Below, in pieces: positions 45,499 through 54,771 of a DNA stretch of 64,000 nt; within the stretch, counting starts at the first letter, position 1, and the number at the start of each line of letters is the position of its first letter. Below the pieces are notes generated by a model. That model saw only the letters and a list, made by a program, of their open reading frames with translations, did no database searches and was not told the DNA's origin. The position numbers and the translations under genes were made by a program. The stretch is from contig CAIKXE010000004.1 in NCBI GenBank assembly GCA_903831305.1, positions 83,524 through 147,523 of the forward strand, written 5' to 3'. This DNA comes from an uncultured bacterium (GTDB lineage Bacteria > Patescibacteriota > Minisyncoccia > Phycocordibacterales > GWA1-40-21).

Positions 45499-45822
45499 GT
45501 GTTTTTTAAAAAAATGAATTTAATGAGCATTAAAAAGATAGTTTACGTTATTTTAACTATCATCTTTGGTCAGCTGATCAGCCTCTTGGCTTATGAAATA
45601 TCTTTGGCCGAATACATAAAGGCTATGTTATACCAAAATATTACCGTCAGTAATTATTTGGGTATTTTTTATAACCCGGCTGACGTTCATACTTTTTGGA
45701 TTTTTATTGGCTTTGGTTCCGTGTTTGGTTTTTTTCTTGGTTTGCATTGGTGGCGTATGGTCTATGTGGAGCACAAATACTGGAGAAAACCAGTAAGCAC
45801 CCCAGACCCTTTTCAGAAATAG
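45499..45822 (+). CDS. small membrane protein (107 aa)
   Basis: 2-3 TM helices; no motif. Confidence 0.35.
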   Translation: MFFKKMNLMSIKKIVYVILTIIFGQLISLLAYEISLAEYIKAMLYQNITVSNYLGIFYNPADVHTFWIFIGFGSVFGFFLGLHWWRMVYVEHKYWRKPVSTPDPFQK

Positions 45823-45834
45823 TTTAATTTTATT

Positions 45835-47406
45835 GTGTTAATGCCTGGTGACGCTAACAAAAAAGCCTATATCATCGGTGGGGGGATTGCTGGTTTAGCC
45901 ACGGCAGTTTTTCTTATTACGGATGGGGGGATGAAAGGAGAAAATATTTTTATCTATGATCAAAATCCAGAAAGCGGGGGGAGTCTGGATGAGCAGGGTA
46001 ATCCACAGTCTGGGTATTTGTGTCGAGGTTACCGGCTTTTTGAAAGGACCATTTACTCCACTACTTTTGATCTATTATCTAAAATTCCTTCGCCAGACAA
46101 TAGCGGAAGGACCCTAGAGGATGACTTTTTTGAATTTAATAAAAAGGTAAAAGTTAATTCTAGAGCTAGACTAATCAAAGAGGGTAAGGTAATAGAGGCC
46201 CATCATCTTGGTTTGAATTGGGGGGATCGTTTTAAATTGATTAAATTATTGTTTTATTCGGAGAATTTTTATTATAATAAGAAAGTTGAGGATTATTTTT
46301 CTAGTGACTTTTTTAAGTCTAATTTTTGGTTGGAGTGGGCTACTACCTTCAGTTTTGAACCCTGGCATGGGCTAGTGGAGATGAAGCGGTATTTGGGGAG
46401 GTTTATTCATGATGCGCCATATTTTGATACTATGTCCTGTACTCTAAATTCCCCATACAGTGAGCATGATTTTATGATTTTACCAATACTTACTTGGTTA
46501 AGAAACATGGGGGTGAATCTTATTCAAAATAATACAGTAACTGACTTAGAGTTTTTAGCTATCAAGGGTCAGAAGGAAGTAATCAGTTTGCTGGCAAAGG
46601 ACAAAGTTGAAATTAAAAAAAATGATTTAGTCTTTTTGACCAGTGGTTCTATCACCGAAGATTCAAGTGTGGGTTCTATGAATAAAGCTCCAATACTTAA
46701 AGAACAGGAGATCTCTCTGTGGAATATGTGGCGAGATGTAGTTAAAGATTTTTCTGATCTCGGGAACCCTGATAGTTTTTGTCTGGCTAAAGGTAAAACC
46801 CAGTGGGAATCTTTTACTCTTACTTTTTCTAATTCAGTCTTTTTTGACTTAATGGAGAATTTAACCAAGAATAAAGTCGGCACCGGGGGACCGCATACTT
46901 TTAAGGGTTCAAATTGGTTATTATCAATTATTTTACCTCATCAGCCATTTTTTAGAAATCAATCAGTCGGGACTTTTGTCTGTTGGGGATACGGTCTGGT
47001 CTCTAATCAGGAGGGAAATTACGTAAAAAAGAAGATGACTGAATGTAGTGGTGAGGAAATATTGAAGGAAGTGTGTTTTCATCTAGGCTTTGTTGAACAG
47101 ATGCCAGAAATAATCAAATCGGCTATTTGTATCCCGGTTTTAATGCCTTATATTACCAGCCAGTTTTCATTACGGAAAAGGACTGACCGTCCAGAAGTGG
47201 TTCCAAGGGGTTCGGTTAATTTTGCTTGTATTGGCCAATATGTGGAAATTTCAGATGAGATTACTTTTACGGTGGAGCAATCCGTCCGTTCAGCCAAAAT
47301 CGCCGTCAAAAAATTATTAAAACTGAAAAATAAAATCCCGCCAATTTATCAGGGAAAATATAATCCCTGGTATGTTATTAGGGCTATTTTAACTGTTTTG
47401 AGATAG
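45835..47406 (+). CDS. oleate hydratase (MCRA family, FAD-dependent)
   Basis: AYIIGGGIAGLA FAD fold; SNFWLEWATTFSFEPWHGLVEMKRYLGRFIH matches conserved MCRA core. Confidence 0.75.
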   Translation: MLMPGDANKKAYIIGGGIAGLATAVFLITDGGMKGENIFIYDQNPESGGSLDEQGNPQSGYLCRGYRLFERTIYSTTFDLLSKIPSPDNSGRTLEDDFFEFNKKVKVNSRARLIKEGKVIEAHHLGLNWGDRFKLIKLLFYSENFYYNKKVEDYFSSDFFKSNFWLEWATTFSFEPWHGLVEMKRYLGRFIHDAPYFDTMSCTLNSPYSEHDFMILPILTWLRNMGVNLIQNNTVTDLEFLAIKGQKEVISLLAKDKVEIKKNDLVFLTSGSITEDSSVGSMNKAPILKEQEISLWNMWRDVVKDFSDLGNPDSFCLAKGKTQWESFTLTFSNSVFFDLMENLTKNKVGTGGPHTFKGSNWLLSIILPHQPFFRNQSVGTFVCWGYGLVSNQEGNYVKKKMTECSGEEILKEVCFHLGFVEQMPEIIKSAICIPVLMPYITSQFSLRKRTDRPEVVPRGSVNFACIGQYVEISDEITFTVEQSVRSAKIAVKKLLKLKNKIPPIYQGKYNPWYVIRAILTVLR

Positions 47407-47486
47407 GTATTGTCATCACCCTCGCTTTGTATCTTAAGACATATTTAATTTGCAATTATGGTCGGTAAAGGAGTATACTCTTACTT

Positions 47487-47978
47487 GTGCTAAAAGAATT
47501 TTATTTTATGAAAAAAAAGGTAATATATATTATAATTTTGGTTATTTTTTTTCTGCTTCTGGCAAGCATTTTTACTGGAATTGAAACTAAAAAAGTCCAA
47601 TTAGGAACTCCGCTATCTCTTTTTGGTAATGTAAAATCTCCGTTACTCCAAAAAGCTATTATTCCAGAAAAAGTTTCCGAGGTCACTGACGGCCGCCAGA
47701 CAAATTTTATTGTCGGTTCGGTTTCCTATCCGGTTTCTACTGCTGTCGGAGGAAATATTTATGAGGTGATGAACACCTTATCTTCTACTACCGCTTTCCG
47801 CTTTACGGCAAAATATTATCAAGGTTTAGGCTATTTTATAGAGGAAATCAATGGAATAAAGAATAAGGATGGTTATTATTGGACTCTATATGTAAACGAG
47901 GTATATTCAACCGTTGGAGTATCAGACTATATTTTAAAAGAGGGTGATCAGATAGAATGGAAGCTTGAGAAAAAATAA
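47487..47978 (+). CDS. DUF4430-domain secreted protein
   Basis: N-terminal TM/signal; C-terminal GYFIEEINGIKN..DGYYWTLYVN...LKEGDQIEW pattern of DUF4430. Confidence 0.55.
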   Translation: MLKEFYFMKKKVIYIIILVIFFLLLASIFTGIETKKVQLGTPLSLFGNVKSPLLQKAIIPEKVSEVTDGRQTNFIVGSVSYPVSTAVGGNIYEVMNTLSSTTAFRFTAKYYQGLGYFIEEINGIKNKDGYYWTLYVNEVYSTVGVSDYILKEGDQIEWKLEKK

Positions 47979-48528
47979 AATTATGTCCAAGAAAGTCTCC
48001 TTGATTGTTTTAGTATTCTTAATTGGGCTCGGTATATTGGGGCGTTTCTTTCCGCATTTACCAAACGTCACACCAGTAACCGCCATTGCCCTCTTTTCGG
48101 TCACTTATTTGGGTTTACGGTATTCATTTATAGCCTTCTTGGTTACGATGTTTATTTCGGATATTTTTATTGGTTTTTATCAGTGGCAAATAATGCTCTC
48201 GGTTTATAGTGGTTTTGCTCTAGCTAGCCTCGTTGGGTTATATTTCAAAAAGCACAAAACATTCCCTATTATTTTAGGCGGCACCGTGGTGTCTTCTTTG
48301 TTATTCTTTGTGATAACCAACTGGGCAGTTTGGCAATACAGCGGTATGTATAGTCATAATTGGGCTGGTTTGCTTGAGTCATATACCATGGCTCTGCCTT
48401 TTCTTAAAAATTCGTTAGTGGGTGATTTGTTCTATACTGGTGTTTTCTTTGGGGCTTTTGAATTAGTTAAGTATTTTGTTATAAATAGAAGTGCAAATAT
48501 GCTATATTATAGGGGTGGACAAAAATAA
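47965..48528 (+). CDS. integral membrane protein, possible ECF-type S component
   Basis: 5-6 TM; genomic pairing with DUF4430 gene. Confidence 0.35.
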   Translation: MRKNKIMSKKVSLIVLVFLIGLGILGRFFPHLPNVTPVTAIALFSVTYLGLRYSFIAFLVTMFISDIFIGFYQWQIMLSVYSGFALASLVGLYFKKHKTFPIILGGTVVSSLLFFVITNWAVWQYSGMYSHNWAGLLESYTMALPFLKNSLVGDLFYTGVFFGAFELVKYFVINRSANMLYYRGGQK

Positions 48529-48555
48529 AATATTATTTTTTAGGTAATAATCCTT

Positions 48556-49203
48556 ATGTTTGATTTTTTAGAAAAAATAATAATCCCATATTCAGAGACT
48601 ATACATTTGGCTATATTTGCTCCAGTTATTTCGTTTATTGAGGAAGTAATTCCACCTATCCCTTCACCGTCTATAATGCTCGCTACGGGTTATATGGCCC
48701 AGATTCAGGGGTATTTGTTTTATAGCCTAATCATTTTAGCTATTCTTGGAGCTCTGGGTAAAACCGGTGGGGCCGCGGTGGTTTATTATATTGCGGATAA
48801 GGTGGAGGATCTCTTGTCTAGTAAAATTGCCAAATTCATCGGGGTTACCCATGAGCAGATTGAGTCTTTGGGGAAGCGGCTGAGTAAGGATAAGCGTGAT
48901 TATGTTATTTTGACCGCTCTACGGGCTACTCCGTTGGTACCGAGCTCGCTACTTTCCGTGGGCTGTGGTTTACTCAAGGTAGATTTTAAGCTTTTTATGA
49001 TCTCCACTTTTTTTGGTTCTATTATTCGGGATTTTATCTATATTTATTTGGGGTATACCGGAACCCGGCTAGCTATCCACTCCTTTAAAAATAATGCTAA
49101 TACCATTGAATCCATCATCCAGTATCTGGCTGTTATCCTGATTATCTTATTTTTGGGATTTTTATATTATAGACGTTATCAGAATAATAAAGTAAAAAAG
49201 TAA
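48556..49203 (+). CDS. DedA/SNARE-associated (VTT domain) family membrane protein
   Basis: YVILTALRATPLVPSSLLSVGCGLLKV VTT motif. Confidence 0.7.
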   Translation: MFDFLEKIIIPYSETIHLAIFAPVISFIEEVIPPIPSPSIMLATGYMAQIQGYLFYSLIILAILGALGKTGGAAVVYYIADKVEDLLSSKIAKFIGVTHEQIESLGKRLSKDKRDYVILTALRATPLVPSSLLSVGCGLLKVDFKLFMISTFFGSIIRDFIYIYLGYTGTRLAIHSFKNNANTIESIIQYLAVILIILFLGFLYYRRYQNNKVKK

Positions 49204-49262
49204 AGTTATTTTTATTAATTTATTAGCCCCAGCACAAAAAATAATGTTGGAGTCAAAATAAA

Positions 49263-49646
49263 ATGAAAGCATTCGTAAAAAACATTGAGGAGGCAACATT
49301 AGGAAATGAGAATTTTAGAAAGGTTCTTTATACTAGCAAATATGGTCAGGTGGTGGTGATGTCACTCTTACCAAAAGAGGAGATCGGGCTCGAGGTGCAC
49401 GAGGTCACGGATCAGTTTTTTAGAGTAGAGAAGGGTGATGGCAAGGTAATAATAGATGGGGAGGAATCTTATATTCATGATGGTTTTGTGGTGGTGGTGC
49501 CTGCCGGGGCGCATCATAATGTGATAAATACTTCAGCTGATCATGATTTAAAGCTTTACACTATATATATGCCCCCACATCATAAGGATGGGGTGATTCA
49601 TAAGACAAAAGCTGACGCTGAAGCAGATACCGAGGATCATTTGTAA
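49263..49646 (+). CDS. cupin domain protein
   Basis: cupin motifs G(x)5HxH-like VHEV..., PAGAHH. Confidence 0.6.
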   Translation: MKAFVKNIEEATLGNENFRKVLYTSKYGQVVVMSLLPKEEIGLEVHEVTDQFFRVEKGDGKVIIDGEESYIHDGFVVVVPAGAHHNVINTSADHDLKLYTIYMPPHHKDGVIHKTKADAEADTEDHL

Positions 49647-49647
49647 A

Positions 49648-50202
49648 ATGAAAACAGAAAATATTGAGATTTTGAAAAACGGCGGAGTGGGGGTGATGCC
49701 GACGGATACAGTGTACGGTATCGTCTGCAGTGCTTTTTCTAAGCCGGCGCTAGAAAGGCTTTTTAAAGTCAAAGGCCGGGATGAAAACAAACCACCGATT
49801 ATTCTCATAGCCGATATTTCTGATTTGGATAGGTTTGGAATCAGCATTTCTCCTACTCAGGTTGAGTTTATGGGAAAATATTGGCCAGGGAAGGTAACGA
49901 TTATCTTTACTGTACCAGAAAACTTTTCTTATTTAGACAAGGGTTTGGGTCTGGCTATCCGGCTACCGGCCGATGAGAGTTTGAGAGAAATCTTAAGGCA
50001 GACCGGACCACTGGCTACTACTAGTGCTAATTTTCAGGGTCAAACCACAGCTAAAAATATTAATGAGGCGAAGAAGTGTTTTGCTGATAATGTGGATTTT
50101 TATGAAGATGGTGGTGAGCTAGAATCCCTACCTTCTACCTTAGTAAAAATAAGTGGTGACAAAGTAGAAATCCTACGCCAGGGAGCGGTTGTTATTTCTT
50201 AA
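49648..50202 (+). CDS. tsaC: L-threonylcarbamoyladenylate synthase TsaC/YrdC
   Basis: VMPTDTVYGIVCSAF ... Sua5/YrdC fold. Confidence 0.8.
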   Translation: MKTENIEILKNGGVGVMPTDTVYGIVCSAFSKPALERLFKVKGRDENKPPIILIADISDLDRFGISISPTQVEFMGKYWPGKVTIIFTVPENFSYLDKGLGLAIRLPADESLREILRQTGPLATTSANFQGQTTAKNINEAKKCFADNVDFYEDGGELESLPSTLVKISGDKVEILRQGAVVIS

Positions 50203-51130
50203 ATATCTTGTTATATTGTTGATAAACAATCTTATGAAAAAAGGTTTTACCCACACCCTAAATTTTAAAAGAAAGTTAGTATGTGGGTTTACATTACTCG
50301 AAATCCTCCTCGTCGTCGGCATCATCGCTGTCCTGGCCGGCATTGTTATTTTAGCTATTAATCCTACGAAACAGTTCTCCAATATCCGTAATACTCAAAG
50401 AAAGATGAATCTAGCGGAAATCAACAAAGCCTTATACCAATACTATATAGATAATAGCGGTTATCCTTCCACTCTCACCACCACCTTAACCGAAATATGT
50501 AACACCGGTACTGGTACTACTACCCACAGTGTAGTCTGTACTGGACTTATCGACCTCTCGGCTCTCGTCCCCACTTATTTAGTAGCTATCCCCGCTGATC
50601 CCCAAGCTACCTCTACCAATGCTTTATATAAGGTGATGAAGGGTACCAATAATAAACCCTATGTCAGTGCAGCTTCAGCTGAGCTTGGGGTAACGGTTGA
50701 GTTGGGGACGGCACCACCGGCTGTGGTTCCTTGTGGTGACCCTACTAGTGAGGCTTGTTGGTCGACGATTGCTAGTAGTAAAGCTTGGGGACCATCTGGT
50801 GTAACTACTGGTGCCCAAAGTAATACTGACGGATCGGCAAATACAGTAATCTTGGCCGGTTTAGCTGGTAGTTATCCGGCAGCGGAATATTGTGACGCTC
50901 TGTCAGAAGGAGGTTATACTGATTGGTATTTACCAGCTAAGGATCAGTTATTTTCTGGTCGTGTAGCTCTCGGTTTGTCTGGTTTCCCGAGTGGTGTTTA
51001 TTATTGGTCATCTACTGAGAATCAAAACTATCCAGGTGACGGCGCTTGGTTCCTGGATACCGACTACGGTGGCAGCATGGGCGACTACTACGATAAGATC
51101 AATCAGTTCTCCATTCGTTGTCTTCGCTAG
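50189..51130 (+). CDS. type IV pilin-like protein with C-terminal DUF1566 (Lcl-like) domain
   Basis: prepilin motif G-FTLLEILLVVGIIAVLAGI; C-terminal YTDWYLPAKDQL...YYWSSTE...RCLR. Confidence 0.65.
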   Translation: MLFLKYLVILLINNLMKKGFTHTLNFKRKLVCGFTLLEILLVVGIIAVLAGIVILAINPTKQFSNIRNTQRKMNLAEINKALYQYYIDNSGYPSTLTTTLTEICNTGTGTTTHSVVCTGLIDLSALVPTYLVAIPADPQATSTNALYKVMKGTNNKPYVSAASAELGVTVELGTAPPAVVPCGDPTSEACWSTIASSKAWGPSGVTTGAQSNTDGSANTVILAGLAGSYPAAEYCDALSEGGYTDWYLPAKDQLFSGRVALGLSGFPSGVYYWSSTENQNYPGDGAWFLDTDYGGSMGDYYDKINQFSIRCLR

Positions 51131-51211
51131 TTTTTTGGTATTAACGTAGGTACATAAAATAGAGTTATTTATTTAATGGCTAATTTTATTTGACCAAGGT
51201 ATAATATATAA

Positions 51212-51862
51212 ATGTTAAATTTATTTAAAAAAAAGCTATTGGAAAATACGACTACTAAAACAAATATTCCTAAGGCATTTATCATTATTGGGCGCTCAGG
51301 CTGTGGTAAGGGGACGCAAGCGGACTTGCTGATGGAGCATTTATGTAAAACTGGTGATAAAACTTGCCGTAGTTTACATATTGAGAGCGGGGCGCTGCTC
51401 AGAGCCTTTTCTCTTGGTGGTAATTTTACTCAGAAAAAGATCAAAACTGTTCTAAATAGTGGCACCTTGGTACCAGAATCCATCATTGTGTCCTTGTGGA
51501 CAAATTATATTATTGCTAATTTTACTGGTACGGAAAATATGGTTTTTGATGGTACACCTAGGAAGCTTCATGAGGCCCAGCTTTTGGATAATGCCCTGCA
51601 GTTTTATGGAGTAGAAAAACCTGTTGTCCTTCATTTGGATGTTAGCCGAGATTGGTCAGAAAAAAGGTTGCAAGGAAGGGCGAGGAAGGATGATACCGTG
51701 GAGGCGATCGCTCGAAGGCTGGCTTGGTTTGAGACTGAAGTGACAAAGACAATAGATTATTATAAAAACAATTCCTATTATAATTTTATAAATATTAATG
51801 GCGAACAGCCGATTACTGATGTTCAAAATGAAATACTTGCCAAATTAGGCTTAAATAGGTAG
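51212..51862 (+). CDS. adk: adenylate kinase-like nucleoside monophosphate kinase
   Basis: P-loop IIGRSGCGKGTQA; NMP-binding and LID-like regions. Confidence 0.6.
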   Translation: MLNLFKKKLLENTTTKTNIPKAFIIIGRSGCGKGTQADLLMEHLCKTGDKTCRSLHIESGALLRAFSLGGNFTQKKIKTVLNSGTLVPESIIVSLWTNYIIANFTGTENMVFDGTPRKLHEAQLLDNALQFYGVEKPVVLHLDVSRDWSEKRLQGRARKDDTVEAIARRLAWFETEVTKTIDYYKNNSYYNFININGEQPITDVQNEILAKLGLNR

Positions 51863-51865
51863 TAT

Positions 51866-52645
51866 TTGTTAATGGCCGTAACTGTTAAAAATAAAGAGGA
51901 AATAGAAGCTTTGCGAGAAGGGGGTAAGAGATTAGCCTTTATTTTGGCTGAAGTGGCTCGGGCGGTAAAGCCTGGTGTTTCTACTTTGGATCTAGATAAT
52001 TTAGCTCGGAAGCTGGTAGAAGAGGGGGGTGATAAAAGTGCTTTTCTAAATTATAAACCGGCCGGTATGAAGAGGCCTTATCCGGCGACTATTTGTGTAT
52101 CAGTGAACGATGCGATTGTCCACGGTATTCCTAACGAGAATCCTCTGATTATAAAAGAAGGTGACATAGTTTCCTTGGATATGGGACTAAATCATAAGGG
52201 ACTTTTTACGGACGCGGCGGTGACAGTGGGGGTAGGAACAGTGGATCAGGCAGGTCAAAATTTGATTGACGCTACTCGCCTGGCTCTATATGAGGGAATA
52301 AATGTCATAAAACCAGGTAAACATATCAGAGATATTAGCTATGCGATTGAAAAATATGTCCGACCAAAGCATTTGGGGATTGTGGAGGAACTCTGCGGGC
52401 ACGGCGTGGGTTATAAAGTCCACGAGGATCCATTTATTCCAAATTTTTGTTTGGAAGAGAAAGGAGAAAAATTAAAAGAGGGCATGGTCCTGGCCCTGGA
52501 GCCAATGCTAAATGAGGGGAGTCGGCATATCAAGCTTGATGCGGATGGCTATACTTATAGGACACAGGATGGTAAGCGTAGCGCACATTTTGAACACACG
52601 GTCGTCGTCACCCATGATGGGGTGGAAATATTGACTCAGGAATAA
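51866..52645 (+). CDS. map: type I methionine aminopeptidase
   Basis: metal ligands in ...VHGIP..., D..D, H, E, E pattern. Confidence 0.88.
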   Translation: MLMAVTVKNKEEIEALREGGKRLAFILAEVARAVKPGVSTLDLDNLARKLVEEGGDKSAFLNYKPAGMKRPYPATICVSVNDAIVHGIPNENPLIIKEGDIVSLDMGLNHKGLFTDAAVTVGVGTVDQAGQNLIDATRLALYEGINVIKPGKHIRDISYAIEKYVRPKHLGIVEELCGHGVGYKVHEDPFIPNFCLEEKGEKLKEGMVLALEPMLNEGSRHIKLDADGYTYRTQDGKRSAHFEHTVVVTHDGVEILTQE

Positions 52646-52740
52646 TTATTGTCACCAAGTAAGCCATGGCTTACTTTACAATATAGGAGTTTTCAATATG
52701 TATCTGTGCTATTATAGTAAGCATAATTTTATTTAGTATT

Positions 52741-54681
52741 ATGAAAAGAAACCACGGTTTTACATTACTTGAAATCCTCCTCGTCGTCGGTCTCATCGCT
52801 ATCCTCGCTGGTATCGTGATTCTTGCCCTAAATCCCACCAAGATGTTCTCCCAAGTCCGTAATGCTCAGCGTAAGGCTAATCTGACAGAAATCAATAAAG
52901 CCGTCTACCAATATTATATTGATAACTCCCGTTATCCCGCCACCTTAACCTCCATCGCCACTGAGATCTGTAATACCGGGGCTACTTCTACTGGTCATAG
53001 TATAAGCTGTACTGGTTTGATTGACCTCTCAGCTCTCGTCCCTACTTATATGGTCGCCATCCCCACTGACCCCAGTGGGGCCATAAATACCGGTGGAGCC
53101 GGTTATAAAATAGCTAGTGACCCTATTGGTAAACCGTACCTTCAAGCCTCTCGCGCGGAACTCTCGGTCAGTATTTACATTGGTAATAGCACTGGAGTTC
53201 TAGGTACAAACTGGGATATGCCTGGAAGCTGGACTACACCTACTACAACCGGTAATCTCCGTTACTGGGTGGCCTCCTCGGCTGGCTCTTGGAATGATAC
53301 CGCTAACTGGTCTACTACCTCTGGTGGAGCGGGTGGCTCCTCGGTCCCCGGTTCTACCGAGGATGCCTACTTTGATGGTAGTGGAAATGGAGCTTGTACC
53401 ATAAATGCCACCGTCAATGTTAAAGGTCTAATCCTAGAAGGCTATTCCGGCACTATCACTCAAGGCTCCTATGCTGTGACGGTGGGGACTGATGGTTACT
53501 CTCAAGCCTCGGGGACCTTTACTGGTTCAGGTGCTGGCTCAGCGGTTACTGTAAATGGTATCTATAAATTGGCGGGAGGGGTGTTTACAGGGACAAGTGG
53601 GACGTTAACCGTGGCTGGTAATTTTACTAAAACGAATGGGACGTTTGCGCATAATAGCGGGACGACAAAAATGACTGGCTACGGGAGTACCTTTACTAGT
53701 GGTGGTACTACCTTTGGTAGTCTTACTTTTTATTCAACTGCCTATACCGCAAATCCATATGTCCTAGCCGACGATTTTGTTGTAGCAGGAGATTTAACAA
53801 TATCTTCAGCCGCATATGGATGGGTTACAGCCATATCTCCTCGCACAATTACCCTTCAAAGTAATTTTTATCAAACAACATCTTTTAATAGTGCACTTGG
53901 TGGTTTTGATACGAGTAATATAACTCTTATTATGACAGGAAGCGGAAAGACTTTTACTCTCTCATCCGGACAATTCAAAGCTAACTTAAGTTTACAAGGT
54001 GCAACTACATTAGCTTACTCAGCATATTTACCTAATTATTCTGGGACTCTCACTATTGATGCAAGTGTGGGTCTTGGCGCGGCATTAAATTGTGGTTCAT
54101 TAGTCATAAATTCCGGTAAGACCCTCACCACAAACAACTATGATGTTACCATTAGCGGCTCCTTAATTAATAGTGGCACGTTTACTTTGGGAACAAGTAA
54201 TGTAACATTAAGAAATGCATACAATTCAATAGTAACTCATACAACTGGTGGTATTGCCTTTAATAATCTGACACTTGGTGGAGCGAGTATAACTGGATCT
54301 CAAATATTAGCGGATAATTTTACAGTAGCTGGGACTTTGACGATCGGCGACGTCTCCTGGCTAAATACGGTTACTGCCACTTCTACTCGAACGATTACTC
54401 TTCAGGGTAATTTTGTTCAGACATTGCTTTCTAATAGTAACCTCGGCGGTTTTGATACAAGTAACATTACTCTTAATATGACAGGAAGCGGAAAGACTAT
54501 TAATTTTACTCAGGGTAAATTTAAGGCTAATTTAAATATTGCTAATTCTGCCTCAATTTCTTTGGTTAATAATTTAGTTGTTACTAGTGCCACGACTACT
54601 ATAAATGCCGGTGGTACATTAAACAAAATGGGCTATACCTTGACCGGGACTTTAGTAAATAATGGTACTCTAATACCTTAA
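52741..54681 (+). CDS. large type IV pilin-like protein (646 aa) with Thr/Gly/Ser-rich internally repeated C-terminal region
   Basis: prepilin motif G-FTLLEILLVVGLIAILAGI; N-terminal 140 aa paralogous to 50189 ORF; tandem ~180-aa repeats. Confidence 0.65.
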   Translation: MKRNHGFTLLEILLVVGLIAILAGIVILALNPTKMFSQVRNAQRKANLTEINKAVYQYYIDNSRYPATLTSIATEICNTGATSTGHSISCTGLIDLSALVPTYMVAIPTDPSGAINTGGAGYKIASDPIGKPYLQASRAELSVSIYIGNSTGVLGTNWDMPGSWTTPTTTGNLRYWVASSAGSWNDTANWSTTSGGAGGSSVPGSTEDAYFDGSGNGACTINATVNVKGLILEGYSGTITQGSYAVTVGTDGYSQASGTFTGSGAGSAVTVNGIYKLAGGVFTGTSGTLTVAGNFTKTNGTFAHNSGTTKMTGYGSTFTSGGTTFGSLTFYSTAYTANPYVLADDFVVAGDLTISSAAYGWVTAISPRTITLQSNFYQTTSFNSALGGFDTSNITLIMTGSGKTFTLSSGQFKANLSLQGATTLAYSAYLPNYSGTLTIDASVGLGAALNCGSLVINSGKTLTTNNYDVTISGSLINSGTFTLGTSNVTLRNAYNSIVTHTTGGIAFNNLTLGGASITGSQILADNFTVAGTLTIGDVSWLNTVTATSTRTITLQGNFVQTLLSNSNLGGFDTSNITLNMTGSGKTINFTQGKFKANLNIANSASISLVNNLVVTSATTTINAGGTLNKMGYTLTGTLVNNGTLIP

Positions 54682-54771
54682 TTTCGGACAAGGCCTCGCC
54701 TTGTCATAATTACTTTTGGTGAATTTTGATAATAAATTATTTTTTATTCTTTTTATGATATAATTATCTCA

